Shown here in pieces: positions 52,863 through 62,984 of a stretch of DNA of 64,000 nt. The stretch is from Lingula anatina (Eukaryota; Animalia; Brachiopoda): contig CM120647.1 of the NCBI GenBank assembly GCA_051362555.1, positions 5,518,001-5,582,000 of the forward strand. The letters run 5' to 3'. How positions within the stretch are numbered: the first letter of the stretch is position 1; every line of letters starts with the position of its first letter. The position numbers and the translations under genes are program-made. The notes under the pieces were generated by a model. That model searched no databases. It saw only the letters and a list, made by a program, of their open reading frames with translations, and was not told the origin of the DNA.

Positions 52863-52956
52863 CAAACATAAATATTAATTCCTTACCTCTCTCTTCAATA
52901 CCTCCTATAATAACCAATCCACAAAAGAGGACAAAAATCAGGAGTGGATTCTTCAT
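41514..52956 (-). CDS. Micro-exon gene B: secreted Gly/Tyr/Arg-rich multi-peptide precursor with acidic spacers and dibasic sites (complete in window)
   Basis: Exon 1 52956-52887 MKNPLLIFVLFCGLVIIGGIEER|phase 1 (G|GTAAGG). AG/GT-bounded phase-1 exons: 49874-49809 GFTPSRAEKINDKVNDEEVEKR; 49573-49514 GYRAEKINDKVNDEELEERR; 49281-49225 and 48989-48933 GYRAEKINDKVNDEEVEKR; 46656-46594 GYGAQRVDDSDVDDEVKRRGY; 46108-46022 GYATQRVDDSDVDDEVNRRGYGRGYGRGY; 45853-45818 GYAANRVDDDKR; 45022-44963 GYRAQRLYDNDVDDEEKRGR; 44805-44770 GYAAYRVDDDKR; 44345-44313 GYPYRLNNDRR; 43016-42972 AYRAKRVDDDKRGNS; 42801-42754 GYYASKRMNDDKRGNS; 42581-42534 GYYTSKRMNDDKRGTA; 42209-42174 GYAAYRVNDDKR; 41900-41877 DDQEKRGR; 41768-41712 DANSNLLKRILDLQRKMGR (weak acceptor); last coding exon 41575-41514 VEDANINLLKRLLDLQRREN*. 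Confidence 0.8.
42490..43140. repeat. ~220-bp exon-plus-intron tandem repeat, 3 copies
   Basis: Homologous exons start at 42581, 42801 and 43016 with near-identical flanking introns. Confidence 0.85.
44155..44300. repeat. 45-bp intronic tandem repeat, about 3 copies
   Basis: GTGTGCGTGACTATGAGAGGTTATTAATCGCACGTGTACATGTAT repeated. Confidence 0.9.
47752..48093. mobile_element. CACTA-ended MITE in a gene B intron
   Basis: Termini CACTAGTGGGCT.. and ..AGCCCACTAGTG with ~40-bp imperfect TIRs; CAG on both flanks (47749-51, 48094-96). Confidence 0.7.
48730..49935. repeat. ~292-bp exon-plus-intron tandem repeat, 4 copies
   Basis: Exon starts at 48989, 49281, 49573 and 49874 (spacing 292, 292, 301) with near-identical introns. 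Confidence 0.9.
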
Positions 52957-53023
52957 AGCTAAATTCCGATCGGTTGTCGCCAAGTCTGTGATATTACAAG
53001 CAGTGTCCGTTTATCGTTTTTAC

Positions 53024-53080
53024 TGAAATGAGCTCCTGCCTGAAGCGTGCAGGTTTTATACCAATTGGAGCCACGCCCAC
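53024..53080 (-). promoter_or_regulatory. Core promoter of micro-exon gene B
   Basis: TATAAAA at 53060-53054; initiator-like TCATTT with its A at 53029, 31 nt from the first T of TATA; GC box GTGGGCGTGG at 53080-53071; ATG at 52956. Confidence 0.65.
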
Positions 53081-53796
53081 CTTTCCGTCACGGGGAGTAA
53101 TCGTTAGACTCTAATGACGGTGGGTAGCTTGTGGGTGACAGCGTCTGGATATAATTCTTTATGATCATTAACGCGTGACATCCGTAGAGGAGGATCCCAC
53201 CTGGGCGTATGATCAACGGCGATGTGGAGAACCGCTGCGTTGCGCGTTGACTACCATTACATTTTTTTCTCATATCATTTCACGATTTCAAGTCTATTTT
53301 TTTAAAGGGGGGTGAGATTACAAATTGGCGCCCTTTTACATGTAGCCGCAGTTGAATTTTTATGAACAAACAGGCGTATCTCACTGTTTATTAAACTAAT
53401 TCAGTTCTCAACGACGATGCATGTTATGTATGTAAATTAAATAAAGTGTTTAAGTACCATGAAAAACCGTTTTAATACGAACAAATTAAAATACAGAAAT
53501 TTACAACCGTCCTGAAAATTCAGTGGTTTCATATGCCCCTCCCATCAACCTCGAGCAAAGGAGAAATGTCTGTTCATGTAAATGATATGTGTTACTTTTG
53601 TTCTGTACATCATCATACTATCAGTATTCCCATTTATCTGCTGACGAGATGAAATGATCGGTCATTTAATATACACATGTGTCTCCTTTTTGTGTTTTCT
53701 TTGTCGTAAACATTGGAGCTGATCCTTACTTCGTGTGGATCGGTAGTTTCATCAAAATTGTGGAATGTGAAAATAAATTCCAGTGTTAACTTTGCT

Positions 53797-53836
<40 letters not shown>

Positions 53837-54338
53837 TTAGTATCGGATAAGTTCCACCCATGATAAACACATGTTGATTTTCTACATATTATAAAATTAT
53901 CTATGAATAAAATGCAAATGTCAGGCTGTAATTATTTTGTGAAAACCCTCCCTGCTCTTGTTATAGCTTTTTTTTTTCAAGCAACAAGAGCGTGAAAAGA
54001 GCGTGCATAAATTCCGAACTCAACTTAGAATGTACAGCGGATAGCCTTGTACAATTTCACCGGCGAAATTTCCATCAGTTTCACATAAAAAAAATTAAGC
54101 AGGCCAGATTTTATGTGGCAAGAATTACGAATTCCTAGGCCTATCAATATCAGTGTAAAACCAATGTGAAAAAGTCCACGAAATAAAGATAACTTCTAAT
54201 TTTCAAAATCACCACTAAAATTCACCGAGATATGCAGTGGTGTGCAACTAATATAAACTGGGACGCGTATCCAGGGACGTGTTTTTTTCTCAAATATTAT
54301 TTTATTTATTCATTTCTTTATTGTATTTTATTTATCTG

Positions 54339-54372
<34 letters not shown>

Positions 54373-56188
54373 GAATACGAGAAAAATGATGGAATTTGCA
54401 GGAAAAAATGTGTCTTATAAAGGTATATCGCTCATCGTCGGTCCTTAAAGTCGAAACTCGATCTTAGCTACATACTGTAGTTAGAGCATTTTAGCTCTCC
54501 GCCGATTCTTTTGCATTAAAAAAAGACTGGCCCACTAAAAGCCAGTACATACATGTAGCTATGCCATACAATAACCCGCGTCACTGCTAAATGTCCGACA
54601 ACTATCCTGGACACATTTTCATCCCAAACAGGTAAATCAATGCCACATTGCAGTTACGCCACTGTGTCATTAATACCCCCTCTCTGCGTTATCAAGGTGT
54701 CGATTACGTCACTATCAAATTAACACCACCTATCCCGCTCAGGTGACTTTATTGAATGCCAAAGGCAACGACAGGGGGTGGTATCACAGTCTGTATGAAA
54801 TGTAGCTAGGAATTTTAATTCTGTAAGAATGAGAAATGCACAGAGGCATATTGTGCGGATTCGAGAATTTGACCCCTTAAAAATTAAGAAAGATTAAAAG
54901 AAAACTGAAAAGCACGCCGAAAGCGCAGGCCCCCACCAAAGCAGTTCAGTTCTTATTGTTATTTATTAATCAGTTTCTCAATAATTTAATTAGCTTAATT
55001 ATCATTATTATGTATTACTTACTTATTCACTCATTGATCAGCAAATTTTTCACATTTTACCAATTCATTATTATTTCACTGATCAACACCAAAATCTAAA
55101 CTATTCCTTACCTGTTCGGAGAATTTTACCAAAATCTCTCAACAATTTTTGCATATTGATGCTTAAGGACACACAACCAAATGAATTAACTAATTGATAT
55201 TTAACCATTCCCAACAGTTTCTGAATATCTAACCAAATTACGTCCAGAATTTTTTTTCATAATTTTGCCAACATAGAAGCAGATAAAGGGAACCAAGCAT
55301 ATAAAGTGACATCCTTGGCAAAAGCAATTATAGAAAAGAAAAACCTTTTTATTTAAAGAACATTTTGCTTTACTTTTATCTGTTTGTTTTAATATTGTAA
55401 TGTTAGTTTTTAATTTATCTTAAATAGTGTATGTAAATATTTAAATTAAAATATGTAAATTATTTAAAGCGTCCCATCTACTTTGACACTGTAAAAATAC
55501 GATACGATTAGTCAGAGATTTCGAAGAGAAAGTATATTAGACATGTCCTGCAGAAAAAGAAAAACAAACAAACACAGAATGTGTATTTCTAAGCAGCGAT
55601 GAAGACACTAAAAAGGGAAGAAAGAATGCAAATATTATGTAGTCTCTACTTGCTCGAAAGAACCTTTTTTTTTGTTTGCAACCACTAACGCGTTCACTTC
55701 TACGCCATTTACAAAAAAACACTGAAACTATTGACGGGAAATTATTTTATATTTTCCATTCAACTGGCGGCAAAGATGAAATTTCGATTAAGACTTAACG
55801 ATTGAATGGACGACTATTTTGATCGGTAAGGCATACTTTGCACGTTAGATCATTAAATGAAAAATACCGAATATCACGGATACAGCATAGCAAAACAAAA
55901 TGACGAACAATGACAATATTGACAATATAAATATATATTTAAAAAACTCATATTATTTAAAATTACACTTAAGGTATGTATTATGGTTAAGGATCTAAAG
56001 TTAACTTTCCTGAGGATTTCAACAATTATTTGTCAGTCACTAAGATACTTCCTATACGAGATGGTTGCATTATTGTTATGGGTAGGAGCACACACAGCAT
56101 CTATACCATTCAACTATCACACACTTTTAACACATCTGGCTTTCGAACAAATTGGAAAAGAAACAAGAAACACAAGGTACATTTACAC

Positions 56189-56216
56189 TTTATTGCTATT
56201 TATTGAGTGTTTTATT
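56189..56216 (-). terminator. Candidate polyadenylation signals of gene A
   Basis: Three AATAAA hexamers on the minus strand within 30 nt, about 600 nt into the presumed last exon (acceptor at 56799). Confidence 0.4.
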
Positions 56217-56818
56217 GCTTGCTTTTCAGATATCGTTTGATAAGGAAACAAAGTTAGAGCATAAATTGAACAGTATAAGGATCATATTTTAAAACAAAAT
56301 GGATTGTTTTAATTCTACAAAAACATTAGTCACTTTATACTATTACTAATTGCGATCTAAAATGATCGAAAACACCATCAAAACATGACCAGTGACCAAA
56401 GCAGACTGTCTGGATGTCATGATTATAACTTCTGCTCTGTGGTGATATTAATGACCAATGAAGGTCGCATTACCCAAAGTTACTTCATTTCTTGTATCTA
56501 TATATATCAGAAAAAAGGGCTTCACTTTCCATTTTTATAAAGCGATATGATGTACGTTACTTATATGTTGCCCATGCCTAAGATAGTCAGTTGTTTGTTC
56601 TTAGTAGTTCAAAATCTGTTTGCGATGAGATATGTTGAGAAAAGGACCAGTTGGATGAAAAATACGCAAATATGTTGATATTACACCAACCAAATCACTG
56701 ATTTTTTCATATCCGGCACGATCTTATACCAATCCAGGTTGACTCTTGCAGGAAAGCGGAAGTCACGTGTTGGAAGGATAGTGTGCCCAGATGATACAAC
56801 TGAAAGACGAAAGAGGAA

Positions 56819-56857
<39 letters not shown>

Positions 56858-57118
56858 ACTGTTTTTGTCTGCAGGTCATTTTGCCAAACAAACTGTTAAG
56901 TTTTAATAACATTAACGTGCATATACAGGTGATTTGCACAAAGATTGGAATGAAAATATTTAAATTAAACTTTTCTCTCAGAGAGAGTTTATGGTAATTC
57001 AACATCAACGCAACTTTCAGAGTAATATTTTATCTACGCAAGATCACATTTAGTCTGAATTGCATAATTTTACACAGTGACTTCATGCTATTTACGTACG
57101 TTCTTTACCTCTTTACCG

Positions 57119-57747
57119 TTAAAGATCCAGGAGTCTTTTAAGTAGGTTGATATTGGCATCTTCACCTGAAAGCAAAGTCGTACAAAGTTATATTAAAATA
57201 TCGAAGTAGGTATGCAGACACATAATTACTGAAGCAGCTTCTGTAAACTTAGATGATAAACGAAAGTCAGGAGTTCCCACCTGCCATAAAAACTGTTTGC
57301 AAATGAATTTTATCACTAATTCAAGTTTCTAACTATAAAAAAACTGTTCGCATGCGTGTGTTCTTACCGTAACCTCTTCGGTTCAGTTCGTCGTCGGTCT
57401 CACCGTCGAACACCCGCTGGGTTTTATACCCTGAAATGGGACGACAAAAATCAATGCAATGCTTTTTTCTGTTACAAATATGGGACCAAATATGGGTGCA
57501 TTTTTAAGAATTAAAATACAGAAAGATACAGTTTCCATGCAGTTAATTTCCCATTGTGTATTTTTTTCTATGTTTATTCATTATTTCATTACTTTCCCCT
57601 AAGGCCACAGTGTATGTACAAGTGTATATGCCTGTGAGCTGTGATTGATGAGTCGTCACATGTGTACATGTATGTTTGTGTGTTACCTCCGAAACGCCGT
57701 TTATCGTCGTTAATCCTCTGGGCTCTATACCCTGAAATTGAGCAGGC

Positions 57748-57794
<47 letters not shown>

Positions 57795-60491
57795 CGTTTT
57801 ATTTCCTTAGAACTTTTTGATGATGGTGCATTTTCATAAAATAGAGGTTTTCTATATCAAAAATTAAACGTTCGCATATAACACACCTTGACTTTTTATT
57901 TTTCAATTGTCCTTTTTATGTTGTTTATATTTTAATGTGCCTTCTGATATCACAGATCATCCTAGTATAACATGTTACAAAATTATGTTTGAACAGAGCA
58001 ATAGCAACCTTAATGGTCAGAAAATAATTTGAAGGCATTTTTGCTCGAATTTTCATTTCTTAATGCTTCTGAACTTTCCAAATGCAAGCTTTAAAGTAGA
58101 TTAAAATGCCATCGCAATGTCCTTCTGAACCGTAGATCTTTGAAAGGTCCAAGACAAATATAATTGAGAGATATTGTCGTCTATATTATACAAGATTCGA
58201 GGCTACAATGTCAGATTGTATTACGAAGTTCTTTCGGAAGTTGCGTATCTTGTTAATCTCAAGAAGGCAGTGGGTTCTAAATGATTGGCAACTAATTAAT
58301 TTTTAAATAATTATTATTAAAAATTGTAAAAAAACATCGACTTAACTGCACAAATAAAGAATTGAAAATATTAGATATTTGCTTTTTTCTCGAGAAAAAT
58401 CCGTTTTGGCGCGAAGAGCACAGTTACAAGGACCTCTTAAGGATACTTATAAATATAACTCTTTGAGTGCTGATGTTGTTGTAGTTTCTGTTTGTATGTG
58501 TGTTTTTATCCATGCAAGTGTGCTTTTACCTTTACCTCTTTTCTCTGTTTCTATGTCGGTGGCTTTGTCAGTTGCCTCTTCAGCTCTATACCCTCTATAC
58601 CCTAAATAAAAATGATAATTGTTTTGTAGTATCTTGCCCGTCACCAAATAACAACAATGGAATATCTCTCCAAACTTTATTCACTCGAAAGTATATCGTT
58701 TTTGTTTTAAGATATACCAAAGACATATATTTCTTCGCCTAATCATCACACCAACCAAAAATTATTCTTCAAATCAGACCTTTACTAAAAAAACATAGCA
58801 AAAACAGTAACTAGTGCCATTATATTTCGCTGCAAAGACAAGAAGACACCGCGGTTTAAATGAGTCGTAACACGCTAAGATTTTTTTCTTTAAAAATGCT
58901 ACAAAACAGCTATCACAAATGAGGGAACGGATGGAGCAATGATTTATCAGCAGTACAATGCACTTTCTTCTTTACTCACCGTGCCCATATCCTGAAACAA
59001 ATAAGGAGGTTCCAAATTTATATTTCGTCTGTTATCATAATAAAAACGGCGATGGTCACAGGCCTTTTGAGACTTCAACACCAACTTTGTGATACAATTA
59101 AATTACCAAACTAAATGTCTTTTAATGACTCTGACCTTTTTTTAAATTAAAAACCTTTTTAAATCCGAGCAATTCAGTCTACCGAATATTTTAAAAAAAG
59201 AACTCAAAACATACCTTTTTAGGAAATATTTTGATTAACTCTTAATTGGTTTTATAAATCTTGTATTAATTGCATTTAATCGTATGGATTAATGGCTGTT
59301 TTACCTAGATTTTATTTATGATATTTTATGTAGTATTATTTATGATATTTTATGTAAAGTCTACTGAACATTTTAAATGGATTTTAGACCTAAAATAAAT
59401 TTATTATTATTATTTATTATTAATTTAAGGTTTATTTTCATCAACTGTATCCGGGAAATGATTTCTCAGTAGGAAAATGCACTTTCTTCGTCTACTTACG
59501 GTAACACCTTCGTCTACTTACCGTAATATCCTGAAACAAATCAGTAGGTTCCAAATTAATATTTTGGCTGTTACCATAATAAAAACCTATGGTCACAGGA
59601 TTTTTGAGACTTCAACACCAACTGTGTGATCCGGTTTTATTACCAAACAAAATGTCTTTTAATGACTTTTGATGACCATTTTTTTTTAAATTGAAAACCT
59701 TTTAATTTAAAGTATATTTTGATCAATTGTATCCTTTAGTTTTTAATTTCTTTTATAGCTTAGTTTTTAATTCATCTGTGCAGTTTTAGTTTTATATACA
59801 TGTACATATGCCGAGACGCATTTAAGAAATAAGTTATTATCGTTATTATTAAAAAATCATTCATTTTGATTATATCTGTTCACGTTCATGTGCTTGTGTG
59901 TGTGTTTCGATGTTTTGTAACTGCAAGTATTGCAGGTGTAATGTTTGGTCACCGTAAAATCTCTTCATTTTGTCTTTTTCATCACTGTCGTCGACGTCTT
60001 GGTCGTCTAAAACAGAAATTAAGCAAGCATTTTGCTATTCAAGAAAACTGTTTGATAAACATCTTTACCCAAGTAAATTAATTCAGGAAAATTTTAAAGT
60101 AACAATAACGCACCTAACTTCATATATTTAATTAAGCCTACAATATCATTTTTTTACTTACATAAATCATAATTTTCATTTGTCAAGAGGTCATTAACAG
60201 AAATTAAAGACAAAAGACGGAAACGATTTGGACGGGCCTTCATTACAATGACGTCATAAAGATAGACAACAATGCACTCCAACAGAATCACACGCCTTTA
60301 AAGACATAACTGAAATACTTCACTTCATACTGCATCAAGATAAAACATATCAACTTCTAGTGCACAGATTCGTCGAACAAAAAAGAGACCGAAGCAGAAA
60401 TTTGCTTTTTTTTCTCGCGGAAAATCCGTTTTGATGCGAAGAGCAAGATCACGAAGATCTTATAAGGATACTTTTAAATATACTCTCTTTT

Positions 60492-60535
<44 letters not shown>

Positions 60536-62318
60536 TGCGTGTGTGTTTATACATGCGTGCGTGCTCTTACCGTTACCTCTTTTCTCCGCCTCTATGTCAA
60601 TGGCTTTGTCGTTTACCTTTTCAGCTCTATACCCTCTATACCCTCTATACCCTATATAAAGAAATAATTGTTTAATAGTATCTTGCCCGTGACCAAAATA
60701 ACAGCAATGGCATATCTCCCCAAACTTTATTCACTTGAAAATATACCGTTTGTATTTTAAGATGTACTAACGTCATATATTTCTTCGCCTTATTATCTCA
60801 CCAACCAAAAATTATTCTTCAAATCAGTACCAAGTGCCATTATATTAGGCTGCAAAGACAAGACGACATCGCGGTTTAAATGAGTCATATACTAAAGTCA
60901 TATATTTCTACGTCTAATTATCTCACCAAACAAAAACAATTTTCCAAATTAGAGCTTTAAACGAAAAAAAACAACAAAATAGTGCCTGGTACTATAATTT
61001 TTGGCTGCATAGTCAAGAAGACAAGGCCTGTTTAAATGAATCATAATATGTTTAGAACTATTTTTCATCAAACTTGCTATAAATCTCTTAGTTGGAAAAA
61101 GAATTTTCTTCGTCTACTTACCGTACCTATACGGATACCCTGAAAGAAAACATGTAAGCTTCAATTAAATGTTGTTTTTTTTTGCCATAATAAAAAAGGC
61201 GATAATAAAAACGTATGGTCACAGGATTTTTGAGACTACAACACCAATTTTGTGATCCAATTTTGTCAACAAATGTGTCTTTTAATGGCTCTTATCATTA
61301 TTTAAAAAAAGGTACGTTGTTATTTACATAATGTTTTGATTAACTGTATCTTTTAGTATTTAATTACTTTTATAATTTAATTTTTATTTAGCTGTGCACA
61401 TTTAGTTTTTATATACACATGTAAACAAAGCTGAAACGCATGTGTTGCCTTGTTTTTGAGTAATTTATTATTATTATCACTATTATTATAATTATTTTAA
61501 AAAAACATTCATTTTGGTAATATCAATGCACGTTCGGGTGCTTGCATGCAGGGCCGTAGCCTGAGCAAAATGCCAGGGGGGGCAGTAAGCGGACACGAGG
61601 GGGCGAAGCTACTGAGGGGGGAGGGTGTGGTGTGTAAAATTCCAAATTCCAGGGGGGGGCAGCTGCCCCCCCTGCCCCCCCGGAGGCTACGGCCCTGTGC
61701 ATGTATGTTTCAATGTATTGTGTCTACAGGTGCTGTATGCTTTGTTTGCATGGTCACCGTAATATCCGTAAAATCTTTTCATTTCGTTGTTTTCATCACG
61801 GGCGCCGACATCTTGGTCTTCTAGCACTGGAATTAAGCAAGCACTTTGTTAATCAAGAAAACTATTTGATAGACATCATTACTAGCTTAGCACTTCAAAT
61901 CGGGGTTATTTTTAGTAATAGCTTAGATAGCACCTTACCTCACATATTTTATGAAGCCCACATTTTTTGTTATTGAATAATATCATTTTTCAAATCTTTT
62001 CACTTAAATGCACTTTTACTTATTTCAAACGTTTCAATATCCAACGGATAGTGGTTATTAACAGAAATCAACGACAAAATACGGATAAAATATTCGCTGA
62101 AACCAACGATTTGAATAGACATTTATTCACATGACATCATAAAGATAGACAACACTGCACGCCAACAGAATCAGACGCCTTTAATACTTCACTTAATACT
62201 TCACTTCATACTACATCAAGATAAAAAGGATACTTTAAATATAACTCGCTCTCGTTCTCTCTCTATCTCTCTCTCTTTTTCTTTCCTCTCTGTGTGTTTG
62301 TTGTTGTTGTTGTCGATG

Positions 62319-62352
<34 letters not shown>

Positions 62353-62806
62353 ATACATGCGTGCGTGCTCTTACCGTTACCTCTTTTCTCCGCCTCTATG
62401 TCAATGGCTTTGTCGTTTACCTTTTCAGCTCTATACCCTCTATACCCTATATAAAGAAATAATTGTTTAATAGTATCTTGCCCGTGACCAAAATAACAGC
62501 AATGGCATATCTCCCCAAACTTTATTCACTTGAAAATATACCGCTTGTATTTTAAGATGTACCGAAGTCATATATACGTCTAATTATCTCACCAAACAAA
62601 AACTATTTTCCAAATTAGAGCTTCAAACGAAAAAACAACAACAAAATAGTACCTGGTACAATAATTTTTGTCTGCATAGTCAAGAAGACAAGGCGGTTTA
62701 AATGAATCATAATATACTTAGAACTATTTTTTCATCAGGCTTGCTATAAATTTCTCAGTTGGAAAGAGTTTTTTCTTCGTCTACTTACCGTACCTATACG
62801 GATACC
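57119..62806 (-). CDS. Micro-exon gene A: paralog of gene B, 5' part beyond the window end
   Basis: Phase-1 AG/GT exons: 62806-62789 GYPYRY; 62446-62381 GYRGYRAEKVNDKAIDIEAEKR; 61820-61758 EDQDVGARDENNEMKRFYGYY; 61139-61122 GYPYRY; 60651-60577 GYRGYRGYRAEKVNDKAIDIEAEKR; 60006-59953 DDQDVDDSDEKDKMKRFY; 59530-59522 GYY; 58991-58980 GYGH; 58601-58536 GYRGYRAEEATDKATDIETEKR; 57731-57687 GYRAQRINDDKRRFG; 57430-57368 GYKTQRVFDGETDDELNRRGY; last coding exon 57165-57119 GEDANINLLKRLLDL*. Confidence 0.78.
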
Positions 62807-62965
62807 CTGAAAGAAAACATGTAGGTTGCAATTGAATGTGTTTTCTGTTACCATAATAAAAATGGCGATAATAAAAGCGTATGGTCACAGGATTTTTGAG
62901 ATTGCATCGCCAACTTTGTCATCCAATGTATTTTAACAAATCAAATGTCTCTAAATGGCTCTTAT
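58380..62965. repeat. ~1.7-1.8 kb multi-exon module repeated about 2.7 times
   Basis: Homologous exon/intron sets at 58601/60651/62446, 58991/59530/61139/62806 and 60006/61820. Confidence 0.8.
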
Positions 62966-62984
62966 TATTATTATTATTATTATT

